From: the human T2T-CHM13v2.0 reference genome, Homo sapiens
DNA: 64,000 bases
Reading direction: 5' to 3' (one strand)
Assembly (NCBI RefSeq): GCF_009914755.1
Contig: NC_060938.1
Under the pieces are notes generated by a model, which searched no databases, had not been told where the DNA came from, and worked only from the letters and a program-made list of their open reading frames with translations. This document shows positions 10,941-23,395 of this stretch, piece by piece; position 1 is the first letter of the stretch; every line of letters begins with the position of its first letter. Both the position numbers and the translations under genes were made by a program.

Positions 10941-13566
10941 GTCATTGCAGTTTCCAAACCTGCACACTACACTGTCTTGATTGAGATTTTTAGGGCTGGA
11001 TAAACCAGTTGCAAGGAAGGGACTGCGTGGGGGTTGTCAGAATGGAGAGCAGTATTAATGGGGAACAGATGTGGGTGGGGGCCAGAATCAAGGGGAGGCA
11101 GGGTTGGTGATCATTCACAGAGCTGGGGAGAGACCTGAGGAGCTATGGAGTCTGGCCCCTTCCGTTTGGAGATGGAGAAAATGAGAACTAGGGAGGTTAA
11201 GTGACACTGAGTTATAGAATCTTAGAGTTAGAAAGGCCCTTAAATGTCACCTTGCCCCACTGCCCAAGGTCGTACAGCTAATTAGTATAATAGAATGTGC
11301 CTCTCGTTCTGCAGCCGTGCCCATTCTCAAACCTTGAGCGCTGCACGCATTTATCTCAAGTTCACAAAAAGGCCATGCACTATACTATTTGTGCAAGAGT
11401 GAGTCTGTTAGAATAAAATTGTCTTTACTGCTACCCTCTGGGACCCTCACAGAATTGAGATGTTGATCGTATGAAGCAATCTTATTGAACAAAAAAACTT
11501 CCAAGGAAAAAAGTTGTGTCCCCTGAGCCAGCCAGTCTCTGCTAAGGGGGACCTGCTGCTTTGCAGAGTGAGCAGCTGAAAGCCAGGAGGGAATGATTAG
11601 AGAGGCCAACCATTGGTTAAAATTCTCCGAACATAAATGATCTCCTTGTTCTCCCTTTGATGGATTCGGTCTCTCAAAAATAAAATGCATCTGTGAACAT
11701 CACACCTACTTCTTTCCTTTTCTTTTGAGTCCTGTATGGAGAAGTACCCAACAGCAATTTTAATATAGATGAAACAGGTTGGGCACACATAGGTATAAAT
11801 ATGCATAGGAAATGGAGGCCCCTCACATCATCCGAGTTTTTTCTGGTCTAGTGGGTCGGTCAGTGATTTTACTTTTTGACCCATGCTGCCCCCACCAGAG
11901 CTGAATACTGATGGCTACACCAGTTTCTCCAGGTTTCACAGCACCCATTGTAAAAGAGCCCACGTGTTGAAGTGGCAGGGTGCCCTTGGTTCTTATTTAC
12001 CAGGGATTCACCAGGGTGGGCCCTGAGCCTCCCAGGAGGCTGCCACACATGGTCCTGTGCTCCCCCAGTGGCTCGCATGCCGGCAACCAGAACTGAGGCA
12101 CCTTCTCTTCATGTACCTCATGACTTGGGTGAGTCTCAGTGTATTTATGGGGTTTCGGGGAAATCACAGAATGTAAAAGAACAGAAGCAGAGAAGATGGT
12201 GGGTTAGTTACTAGAAGGAAATCTTTACAGGTTTCCCCATTATAGAGCAGAAACTTCTGTACAGGAAAAGTAAAAGACCCACTCCAGCAATTAAACATGA
12301 ATTGAAATAAAGGTTTCCAGAAGCACTGAGAAGTTTGTCCCTTGACTTGTGGCACATGGTTTCTACTAGTCTCAGTCACCACATCCAGTCTCGTTTATCT
12401 CCATCTTCCATCCTTGTAGCTCGATTTTCCCAAGATTCGTGTCTAGTCCCAAAGTTATTCTTTTCCACTAGCTTTCACATCCTCTGATCATGCCAATGGA
12501 AAAGTCTCCATTTACAGCCAGTGTTTCTTTAACACTTCTCTAACCCTACTAATCTCCCCTTTTAATACAAAATAGGCCGTACGCTCTTGGATTTTTGACA
12601 AACAGCAATGTCTAGCTAATAAAGTTTGTAGTTTTTAAAAAGCTGTGTGTTTTTTTTTTTTTACAATTATTTCCCTATGGCTGGTGATGATAGCTTTCCA
12701 TGAAGATGTAGAGTTTTCTTTTAAAAAAAATGTATTAAAACCAAGGAATCAATTTAAAGAAAATGCTAAGTGGTTGCAGAAAGTACATAGCTATAGCAAA
12801 ATTGGTGAAGGTGGCACTTGGAAATGGCAGACATTTGGGGAACACTCATACAGCGGTTCTTCTTAGCTGCTTCTCCCCACCCCCAACCCCCTTCTTTCTC
12901 CCAGTGGGAAGAATAAGAACTTCTTCCATTTAACTGCTCTGTGCTGCTTTTGTACTGCAGGATACAAGGTAAGTTGCAAAATATTAGATCATTGAGGTCT
13001 CTATATGTGGGCATAAGTAACTTGAAGGGGGAAAGCAAAGAACCCATGGTTAATTTCAAGCCCCCAAATCCCTCCTGATCCCTGATCAATGTCAGTGTAT
13101 GTATTTATAGAGTTGACACCAGTAATACCAACTTATTTGGTCTTATTGCTTACCCACTCAGCCCTGACGCCATTCTCATCTCCAGCCACCACCTTTTCCT
13201 TATTTCAGCCACACCATGTCCCCTTCTGTTTTCCGAACACCTCAGCCCCTGCATGCCTCTGACCTCTGTTCAAGTGGTTTCCCTCCTGCAGCTTTTCTGC
13301 CCATTGCAAGCCTCCTCATCTCTCCATTGGCAAGGCTTCCATGAAGCCTCCCCAGATCCCCAGCTAGAATGGCTGGTTCCCTCTTTAGTGCTTCTGTGAC
13401 AGTTTGCTTACACCTTCCTCACTTGTCCTGTCAAATCTGGGGCTCAGTAGAATGAGGGATTGTGAACCTCAGTTTCCAGGTCCAGCACTGCGTCCACTGG
13501 CTTTGGAGCCTTCATTAGATCTCTTTGAGGACTCCTGGTCTCCACTTCTTCATCTAGCAGCTGACA

Positions 13567-13661
13567 GTTTGGATGTGGTGGGAGTATTTGGATGTGGTGG
13601 GAGGGTTTGGATGTGGTGGGAGTGTTTGGATGTGGTGGGAGTGTTTGGATGTGGTGGGAGT
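13567..13661. repeat. Minisatellite, 5 x 19 bp (GTTTGGATGTGGTGGGAGT)
   Basis: Five near-perfect head-to-tail units. Confidence 0.95.
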
Positions 13662-13666
13662 CTTTT

Positions 13667-13815
13667 GTTTGTTTTCTTGGGTTTTGTTTGTTTGTTTTTG
13701 AGATGAGGTCTCGCTGTGTTGCTTAGGCTGGTCTTAAACTCGTGGGCTGAAGTGATTCTCCCACCTTAGTCTCTTGAGTATCTGGGATTACAGGTGCACA
13801 CCGCTGTACCCATCT
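13667..13815 (-). mobile_element. FLAM/Alu monomer
   Basis: Antisense left-monomer sequence; TSD GTGGTG(G/A)GAGTCTTTT. Confidence 0.85.
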
Positions 13816-14178
13816 GGTGGTGAGAGTCTTTTTGGCCTTACAGTATGTAAGTTTATGGAGGTGTTAGTGTTATTTCTGTAATGTTCTTTTCTCCTACCAG
13901 ATTGTAAAATCTTGAGCAAAAGATCCCCAATTCCCAACACCTCTCACTCCTGCCTAGTAGATGATTAGTGATCCAGTAATGGTTTCCTGAATAAAAAAAT
14001 GTTCATTTGAGAGGGCTAAAACCTCTAGAGTTCTAAACTCTGCTGCCTTTTCTTGATAGCAGGCATATTACATTTTATATGTTCCCATAACTGTAGCTAC
14101 TCAAAGCGTTTCTGTGTATTTCAACCTTTTTTCACACATTTAGTTTGAAGCAAAACAAAGCTGTCATTTTTAATGTGA

Positions 14179-14192
14179 GCAGCAGGGGGCAA
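14179..14192 (+). promoter_or_regulatory. Candidate CTCF site
   Basis: GCAGCAGGGGGCAA is close to the CCASYAGRKGGCRS core; motif match only. Confidence 0.35.
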
Positions 14193-16164
14193 CATTCTCC
14201 CAGGAATTGCCTTGTGATTCACTAGGCCTTGGCAGTGTAAAGAGAGGACATGGGCATGAGTTTTTTATCAGTCTACCAGACATCTTACTGATGAACTGTG
14301 CTGGCAGGAGCTAAATATGATCTAGCGTGACCTAAAACCCCAGAGTGCCAAAATTTGGGTGTTAGGGAATACCTGCCTGTTTTAAAAGAAGGAAGAAAAT
14401 ATGGTACCTAGCGGCATATACTAGATGCTAAACACATGAGTGGCAAGAACTAGGAACTGAGGGGAAAGAGGGTGGTGACTGCAGCTTTCAGGGGAGATTT
14501 AAATGAGGAGAAATCTGTTGGACAAGGAAAACTTCAGTTCATGAGAAATATCTAGCTTTTAATGAGTATTGCAGGTGTGGGGGCAGCTTAGAGCAGAGGG
14601 ACCCCAATTATCCAGTGTACCGCCTGGGATTGAATGAGCAGTGTGGCCAAGATGACAATGGCAGATTTCTCCTTTCCTCACATTTGGGTTTTCACTGCAA
14701 AGGCTCATTTGGCGCTTCACACATTTATAAAGTAGAGCCTTGGTTCTGGATTTGCTGGTGGCATTAGATGATCCGGGAATATTGCCTTCTCTCTCTCATG
14801 CCTTGGTAAAATTTACCTCAATGAGGTTTGGAGGCAACTGTGAGATTTTTCTTGGACATTTAAAAATTATGAGGGTAGAAAACCTTGCAAGAAAATGGCA
14901 TTTTGATTTTTTTTCCTCCAGAGGAAGAAATTTTTACTTGACATTTTAAAAATGTAAAGTAGCTTTGGCATCAACGTAGTTGGTATCTCTTTCCTGCTCT
15001 TCCCCTGGCCAGTTTTTCTTCATGCCTTTGGCCCCTGGCTGCAGTTTTGTCTCTTTTGTAATGGGAATCATGCAGGTGCCTTCCTATGGCTTTGGCGTTT
15101 CTTTCACCTGCAACAAGTTATAGTCAGAACCATTCATCCAAACCCTTCACATTCCTCCCCAGGTCGGAGTGATCCCTGAGGGATGGACTCGCATAGGGCC
15201 TTCCACGGGCACAGGCAAGGCTCCAGGTGCTTGGCACTTTCGTCTATTTTAAGCCTGTTCTGCCTTGCAGCAGGGAGGTGGGTCTAGGGTCCAGTATGTG
15301 CTGTGGATATTAAGAGACTTCAAGGACGCTTCCCCCCATTTATCTCGGTTATGTCCCCTGCTAAAATAGGTTAACGGTGTCTAATTAACCACTGAACATT
15401 GTCATGCTGCATAAAGATAGCATCCTGGCTGTTCTCTGAGCCGTGGTACTTTATCTCCATTTAGATCTCTGCAGTATTCCATTAAACTCGAGAGAAACAT
15501 TTTAACTGAGATGATGTCTACATTAGGGCTGCCTTTTACCCTTCAGCACATAACCCATGTAGCAGCAGTTAAGGCCTCTTCTGTCTGGTGAAGGGAATCC
15601 AGGTTGTTTTGCGGCCTCTTCCCCAGAAGTTCATGGGGTCCCTGCAGTTGGGGGTCATAACTACCTGCTAGTCCCACTCGATCATGATGGCCAGATCAGG
15701 CCCCCTGATGCAGCAGGGAGGAGACAGACCCTGCAGGCAGGAATAAAACTATGAGGATCCAAGATTCTGCCATGGTCCCATGTGGCTGAAGTCACAGATG
15801 TGCCACTGGGATCCAGCTTGTGCTCAGCTGCCCAAATCACACCGTCAAATGTCAGTGTGGGCTCCAAATGCCAAAGAAAGGGATTACATTTGAGCAAAAG
15901 AATTTCAAAAAGGGAGGAATATGGAGAGAAAGGTGACTTAGCTAGATGGGTCTCTTTTTTGCCATGATGCACACTGTTGCGTTGTAAATAAAACATATAA
16001 TAAATCACAGAACAATTAAGCCAACATTAACTACCAGATCATCAGGACTGACAAAGCTACAGCCCTACTATAAGTTGAAAAGTTGTCCCCGTCCTGAAAA
16101 TATTAGTTGGATTTGAAGCAGAGGAGCATTTCCCATGCTGTTGAAATGCCCGCATGTCTCCATG

Positions 16165-16435
16165 GTGTAAGGGTTGGGAACTGAGCTTTGGAGTCAGACA
16201 CCCTGCTTGCATTCTGGCCCTACCACTTTCTAGGTAGGTAACCTTAGGCAGGTTACTTACCTCTCTTGAGCTCCTCCTCTGTGAAACAAAGAGAATAAAA
16301 TAAGGTACTATAATACTGAAATAAGATAATGTATACTGTATAGGACATATGTGATTATATAATTGTATAATAGTATTATAAATACTATAATGACAGTGGC
16401 TGGTGCCTAACAAACTCAGTAAATGTTGACTGTTG
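16165..16435. mobile_element. MIR with AT-rich insertion
   Basis: ctttggagtcagac...ccttaggcaggttacttacctctct...ctcagtaaatgtt. Confidence 0.7.
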
Positions 16436-18256
16436 TCATCAGTCGTCATCCTTCTTAGGGCAGGTTTGTGGGGGAAGGGACAGCACAAAGGAAGGGTGGG
16501 CTGAGACCTGGGACTGGGCTTTCTTTCCCCTGAGAGTTGAGAGTGGGTGCGCTGAGCCAGGCAGGAGAGGCTAAGCGTAGGTCAGAGAGAAGCTGGGATG
16601 AAGACCAGGACGGGACTGGGTGAGTGTGGAGCTGAGGTACTGGGCTTTAAATGCAAGTCACGACAGCAAGACAACCGCCTTCACCTTCACATCGTCTACC
16701 TGAGAAGCCAAGCTTCTGAGTCCTTGGCAGCTTCGTGGCTGAGCATTGTAGGCAATTTGGAAAGGACCATCAGCCCGCCGTGATGTGGGGAGGGGAAGCC
16801 AGTCTTTGCTCCCTCACCCTGCTCCACGAGGCGGAGGTGAGAGAGAACGTTTACTGTCACTGTCCCAGGTTAAAACTTCATTCTGCAAAATGGCCAAAGC
16901 AATCAGTGAGTGATGGAGTAGCTCTTAAAAAGAAACCTGGCATTTAATTAACTTTTCAAAGTGCTGATTCAGCAACCTCTGTGTTTTACATTTTGAATAT
17001 TGAACGAGCATCTCTAATCGGATCTGGATTGCTCTGGGCCTGGTGTGGTGGAGAACACCTGCTTAGTTTTCATGAACACCACGTACTTGGGCGTGAATTT
17101 CAGGATCACTCAGGAACAGAGACTTCACCTAGTGGACCATTCAGGCCCCTTGCTATTTCTTCCTCCTCTCATCCTTTAGGTCAAGTCCATGTTCATTAAT
17201 GCTTCCGTTAGAAGAAAGTAGGCAACTCAGGAGGAGAAGGCAAATAAGTTTCAGTTTTGCTGCTTAGCAACTGGAGTATTCAGCTGAATGTCTCAAGGCT
17301 TAGGGCAGGGAGTCTTGTCTACGTGACTAGGTCCCATTTCTGGAAGTTACTACCTCAGGGAGATTAGGAGTAAGCCCAGCCCATGTACATTGAAAAAGCT
17401 TCCGGGAATGAGTCTGGTGCACCACTGTTGAAGAATGACTAATTTAAAAGATTCTCTCCAGCTTCCAATTTGCTGTCTATACCATATCGTGCCTTCCATA
17501 AGGAGAGGAAGTCAAGAAGGGACCGTCTACACAGTAAATCCAAGCAGATGTCTGGGTGCCTTAGGGATATTAGATAATCAACTGGTATCTTCCTTTGAAA
17601 AGGCTTGAGGCAAAGTGTTTGGAATCTAGGGTGAAAGTTGGGAGACATGGATTCTAGTTTCAGCCTCATCACTAACTAGCTCTGTGATTTGGGTGAAGCC
17701 CACAGCTGCAGTGCCCAGCGTCCCTCTCTGTGTATAAAATTGTGCTGCTGAAACCTGCTTTTCCTCTTCTCCAGAACTCAGCCGAGGTAGTGTTTGTAGA
17801 TGTGAATATCTTTGAAGAGTATTGAAAAGTGCTCTGTGTGAGGTGATCTCGCTGGAATTATGATTTGCCAGGTTCCCCAAACTTCTAATAGCCACTTTTG
17901 GGGAAAAAGGCACAGGGGCCCTGAGTACAGAAATAAACCGGCAGCCCAAGGCTATACTGATCTCAGCTCTGCAGACAGCCTGTCAGAGGGCTGGGCCCAG
18001 GTCACACAAGCCTCATCGACAGCCTCAGTTTCCTCAGAAGTTGGGAATGAAGTGTCTCTGAAGAGGTGCTCCAGGACCCATAATTCTTTACCTCAACCTC
18101 TGTCCTCACACAGTCTGGGAGGCAGAACTTCCATATCAGATTCTTCTCTAATTCCCTACCCTGTGGACTGTGGTAGACTACTGTGTTTTAGGTTCTTGTT
18201 TGTTTGCTTGCTTGTTTGTTTTTAACCTGTCACCAGTAGTTTAAAAATACAGTCAG

Positions 18257-18575
18257 GGCTGAGCACAGTAGCCCATGCCTGAATCCCAGTGCTTTGGGAG
18301 GCAAAAGCAGGAGAATTGCTTGAGGTCAGGAGTTTAAGAACAGCCTGGACAATACAGTGAGACCCTGTTTCTACGAAAAATAGAAAAAAATTAGCCAGGC
18401 ACGGTGGCACGCACTTGTAGTCCCAGCTACTCAGGAGGCTGAGGTGGGAGGATAACATGAGCTCAGGAGTTTGAGGCTGCAGTGAACCATGATCTCAACA
18501 CTGCACTCCACTCTGGGCCACAGAGTGAGACCCTGTCTCTAAAAAAAAAAAAAGTAAATTAATAAAAAATAAAAA
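18257..18575 (+). mobile_element. AluJ-like element
   Basis: Sense dimer with A-rich tail. Confidence 0.9.
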
Positions 18576-20411
18576 TATACTTCATGACTGGGTATGTGTA
18601 TATATAAAACAGGAAACAAAACGTTTACATAATACCTATTCTTACTATTTTCAGCACATGGTGTTTTCTGTGCTATTAAAAAAGAAAGATGAAAGAAAAA
18701 TTTTAAAAGGAAAGGAAAGCTGGTGGTGAGCCACTAAATTGGTTTCATGGCTCACTCGTGGGTCATGACCTGAAGTTTAAAAAACATCGTGCTAGATTCT
18801 GTGTCTTTTGCTGGGCTCCTTGTCACTGCACTAGCCTGAGGTGCCTTTGAGGACCAGGCAGATAAAGTAAATCTGTGAAATGGGGTTTTATTTCAGAATG
18901 GTACCTTCAATCATATTCTTGAGATACATACACAAATTATTTGCATGTTCGCATTTCTATAAAGAAATATACTCTGCCAGTTTTCCTAAAACACGCTCCC
19001 CACTTTGTCTTTTTGCCTCCTCATATTTGATAGCTGCAAGACATACTTTGCCAGCCTCCTCACTCCTATTGGAAAACCAGCAGTGCAGATCATGTAATTC
19101 AGGACTAGTTCTGGACCCCCAGTGTTTGGGAGCAATGCGGGGTCGGGGGAGCTCAGGTTCATCCACTGCACGTCCAGTATTGCCAGGCTAAAAAGTTAAA
19201 CTAAAAAGTTAAGAGTCCAGAAATTTGGATTTTTATACAAAATCTCCCCATTTTGGCAATGAATTTACATTAAAACAGAACAAAACAAAAAATAGACAGC
19301 AGTATGGTTTAGACCAAACTCATCTGCAGGCTAGGTAAGGCTGGGAAGTGGCCAGTGTTCGGTCTGTGACCCAGATCAGAGGCAGGGCGCACCATCCCAC
19401 TCAGTGCGCTCCCAGAACCCGTTATTTCTGGCAGAGAGAGAGAATGAGAGAGAACACGCCACCTGAGGGCATCCCTGCTGCCCGTCCTTGAGGACTCCAT
19501 TTGATCTTTCTTCCTTCCTCTGTTGGGAGAAAAGGGAGAGGGGAGAGTCCTTGGGCTCCCCCTAGAGTGAGAGAGCAGGATGTGGGCTCAGCAGCAATTA
19601 AGCTGAATATTAAACTCATCCCCCTTTTGGATATTGAGTGGATAAATGGCAATTAATCAGCCTCCCCCGAAAGATTAGCATTATCATTATTGTTTCCTTC
19701 AGACAGAATCGCCACTGGTTTTGCCACCGCACATTGTGTAGGGAAGGAACGATTCGGTCATAACTCCTGAGGGTAATTGGAGACAAATATGTCTCTTATG
19801 TACACAACGAAGGCGCCAGCCTTCCTTCCTAGCCTCTTTAATCCCGGGATTCTTCTTTTATCCCTGTTTTCATCCAAGCACATCTACCCTTGGTGACATT
19901 AGCTGTGTCATTCGGACAATGGGGGTATAGAGTTTAACTTCATGAGGACAATTAGAGGCATTGGTCCTTGGGGACGGCGTGAACTGGGAAGACAGCTTCT
20001 GTCCTCCCACACAGACAGAAGGTGGCTTTGATGGCTACTGGGTGCTCTTCCTTTAGGATTCCGTTTACTTAGAATAGGCATTGGAAGCCTATAGCATCCA
20101 GCAACACCAGGCTGGGGATGCCCTGGGCACCCTGCAGTGGTTTCTCTTTGGTGCCTCCCACTACCCATTCTGTCTCCCTCTGCCCTCATAACCTTCATTG
20201 CTGAGTCTCCTTTATCTCTCTTTAAGGGTCAGAAACTGCAGCCTGGGAGATTCCCTTAGAGTTGTTACACCCTGTTCTTCCAGCTTGACCTACCCATTCT
20301 CCCACCTCACTTCAGCCGTCATTCTTCCTTTTTAAAAATGGTACAGTTGATAGAGTCTAAATTCCATGGAAAGCAGTCTATTTAAACTTTGACTTACTTT
20401 TTAAAATCATT

Positions 20412-20723
20412 TTAATTATTTTATTTTATATTATTATTTTTTTTGAGACGGAGTCTCACTCTGTTGCTAGGCTGGAGTGAAATGGCGTGATCTTGGCTCA
20501 CCGCAACCTCCACCTTCCGTGTTCAAGCGATTCTCCTGTCTCAGCCTCTGAGTAGCTGGGATTACAGGTGCCCACCACCATACCTGGCTAATTTTTGTAT
20601 GTTTAGTAGAGATGGGGTTTCACCATGTTGGACGGGCTGGTCTCAAACTCCTGACCTCAAATGATCCACCTGCCTTGGCCTCCCAAAGTATTAGAATTAC
20701 AGGCGTGAGCCACTGTGCCTGGC
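20412..20723 (-). mobile_element. AluS element
   Basis: Antisense dimer. Confidence 0.92.
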
Positions 20724-21106
20724 TGAAATTTTTATTTTTTAATTGACAAAAAAAAAAAAATGAATGTAGAATTCTACTTTTGGCAGGGGGAGTTATTTGC
20801 GTTTTGCAAGAATTGCTGGTTGGCTCCTCGAAACCAATTCTTACTGGCAAGGCTGGTGGCCTACCCTGTCAAGGTCTACATCCTGCCTCCAGGCCATTTG
20901 CCGCCCTTTGCCCCCATCCTTTGCTCTTGCTCATCATGGTGCTAGATTTCTGACTTCAAATAACTCATTTAAAACAAACAAACAAAAAACCCTATGATGA
21001 CAGAATAGTGGAAGTTTTCAGACATACAAAAATGTAATCTCCATGTACCCAATATTCAACTTTAATAATCATCAACATTTCGCCAGTCTTATTAGAAAAC
21101 TTCACA

Positions 21107-21290
21107 TCAGTGTTTCTCAGAGTGTGAGTAGTGACCCACTTAGATTAGAATTTAAAAATGCATATTCCTGGGCTGCCCCCACCCACCCAGACCAGCTGAT
21201 TCAGAAATCTCCCTGCCAGGCCCACCAATCTGTGTATCTAACAGGCCCCGCGGATGGTTCTTATGCACCCTGACGTGTGAGAACCACTAC
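21107..21290. mobile_element. MER5-like hAT-Charlie element
   Basis: cagtgtttctca...tgagaaccact terminal inverted repeats. Confidence 0.7.
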
Positions 21291-21834
21291 CATAGATACG
21301 CGTGTATCAGCCAGGCCCTGTCACTCCTCACCCACCATCACTCAGAAGGTCCTCTCGTCCTTCGTGTGAAGGGCACAGAAAAGCAGTTCCAAAGTCTGAA
21401 GCCTGAACTGCGAGGCGAGGACATCCCTTTTTGCTCGTTGCAAGTCGCAAGTGCTGACAGCTAACAACACCAAATAAGACCCAGGGTCTCAGTCCTAAGA
21501 AAGCACTCTATAAATCAGTCAGTTAATTGCTGAAAGAAAAGAGGGCACTGAATCATCTGTATCTATTTGAATTTTAAGCCACTCGCTCAACCTGCACTTA
21601 CACTCTCAACAATCCAATTTGGAGTGAGGCTGACATAAAGCTGTAAGAAGGCACTACAGCATCTTCAGTTCTCTCATGCTGGTTGTGGGGCTTGTCTCTA
21701 AAGAGGACTGCAGACAAATAAAGCACTTGAGATATACTAATTTGCCTCCACTTTTGAAACCTTCCTCAAGATACTACCTGGTGCATGAGACTAGTGGGCT
21801 CTCAAAAACCTTGTCTTTTCTTTTTTTTTTTCAG

Positions 21835-21867
21835 GTTTAGGAGGAAGGCTTCTGAAGAAATAGAAGA
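21835..21867 (+). CDS. IFT43: IFT43 coding exon (exon 4, 33 nt, phase 2-2): (K)FRRKASEEIE(D)
   Basis: Long T tract + CAG acceptor ending 21834; GA|GTACGT donor; translation matches the recalled human IFT43 protein and joins in frame to 22520. Confidence 0.95.
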
Positions 21868-21961
21868 GTACGTTTCCAGTATTCTTATTCTTATGGTATC
21901 CTATGTTGATCTTGGTCAACAGTGCAGTCTTGGTGGTCATGATCTGTTCCACCTATGTTGA
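21835..21961 (+). CDS. IFT43: IFT43 exon-4 read-through alternative terminal coding segment (...EIEEYVSSILILMVSYVDLGQQCSLGGHDLFHLC*)
   Basis: Frame stays open past the weak GTACGT donor to TGA 21959-21961; AATAAA at 22445-22450. Consistent with a recalled short (~113 aa) isoform. Confidence 0.65.
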
Positions 21962-22444
21962 ACACTGTGTTAGAAGTCTGGGGCTAGAATTATTGATGCC
22001 TGCTGAATCCAAGGTTTGGTTAATCCCGCTTCCTCAACTGAAGGTCTGGACCCTGGCATTGATGCCCATGTCCTATCTCCCACTGTGTGGTTTTAGAATT
22101 ATATGTCCAGGTATCAGGGTACTGGCCCATGCCTTCTGCATTATTGATATAGATGGGCAGAAGCAATACCAGCTTCTAAGCCTTGCCTTCTCATAAGACT
22201 TATATCAGAAAAGAAAGAAGTTTTCTAGATAAAGGTGCTGTGAAGGTAGGGCCACCCAGTTTCCTACTCCCAGGGGCGGAAGCTGCATTCATGTCATAGC
22301 CTCTGTGATGCTGTCCTCTGGAATAGTGCATCGCACAGCCTGTGCAACCACACACGGCACACCCAGTGGCCTAATTAGGTTTGACTAAGTTGACAGAGAA
22401 AAACAGGTTCAGGGACATTTTCATCTAGGAGAAAGAATGGATAC

Positions 22445-22450
22445 AATAAA
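22445..22450 (+). terminator. Intronic AATAAA, candidate poly(A) signal of the short read-through isoform
   Basis: AATAAA followed by GT/T-rich sequence (gttcctttccgtgtttg), 70 nt before the exon 5 acceptor. Confidence 0.5.
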
Positions 22451-22519
22451 CATTTGGGATGTTCCTTTCCGTGTTTGAAACTCATTTTTTGCTGTCCTTT
22501 TCTTCTTTTTTGGGGGCAG

Positions 22520-22566
22520 TTTCCGCCTCAGACCACAGAGCCTGAATGGATCAGATTATGGAGGAG
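22520..22566 (+). CDS. IFT43: IFT43 coding exon (exon 5, 47 nt, phase 2-1): FRLRPQSLNGSDYGG
   Basis: Pyrimidine tract + GGGGGCAG acceptor; GAG|GTAAGA donor; in frame with both neighbours. Confidence 0.95.
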
Positions 22567-22899
22567 GTAAGAGGCCCTTGGAGGAAGTCAAAAGGTCTTC
22601 TAGAGAGGCCCCAGAACATTTCCTGGGCTACAGCTAAGGCACTGTTGGCTGCAGCATCACTGAAGACATTTGCAGTGGTCTTCTGACGCATGCTGATGCA
22701 CATCTTCATGCCTTGCTGAATGCTGCCACCTCTACCTGGAGTATCTCTCCCTTCTTTATCTGATAACCCTGCTTATCCTTCAAAAGGTCAGCCAAAGCAT
22801 CACTTCCCCTGAAACATCTTCCCTTCCCATCCCACTCCCTCTCTCACTGGATGTTCTTTCTCCATGCTCCTCTAACCTCCTTGGCAAACCAACATTGTA

Positions 22900-23130
22900 A
22901 TAACATGGCCAATATTTACTAGGTGTTGACTATATCCCAAGCACTGTCCTTCCAGTTTACACATGTTAAAGCATTTTCTCTCACCACAACCCCGTAGTAC
23001 TACTATTATCCCCATTTTACAGTTGTGGAAACGAAGGCATGGAGAGGTTAAGTAAGTTGCCCAAGGTCACACAGTTGCTAAGTGAGTAGAGCCAGGATTT
23101 GAGTACAGTTAGGATGTACTGTGCTTTAAC
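22900..23130. mobile_element. MIR
   Basis: attatccccattttacag...gaggttaagtaagttgcccaaggtcacacag. Confidence 0.85.
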
Positions 23131-23395
23131 TCTTTGTTGGCTTGATTGTTTTCCCACCAGACCTCTAAGCTTCTTGATGGCAGACAACACATGTTCTTTA
23201 TCTTTGCATCTCCAGTGTGTGACGCATAGTAGTTAGTTAATGGCTAGCTATATAAACGCAGGGAAAACAGTACTAACAAGGCAAGTAGCTGTGGCACAGT
23301 GGAAGCCTATGTTCAAATATCAGGAGAAAAGATGAAGTTTGTGTGTGTCTCTAAAATGAAGCCTTCTAGGGAGGAGATTACGTAGGGGATCCAAA

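Noticed and set aside
13567-13661. Regular short repeats as a CRISPR-like array
   Set aside because: Head-to-tail with no unique spacers, eukaryotic context and no cas genes; the same applies to 57024-57114.
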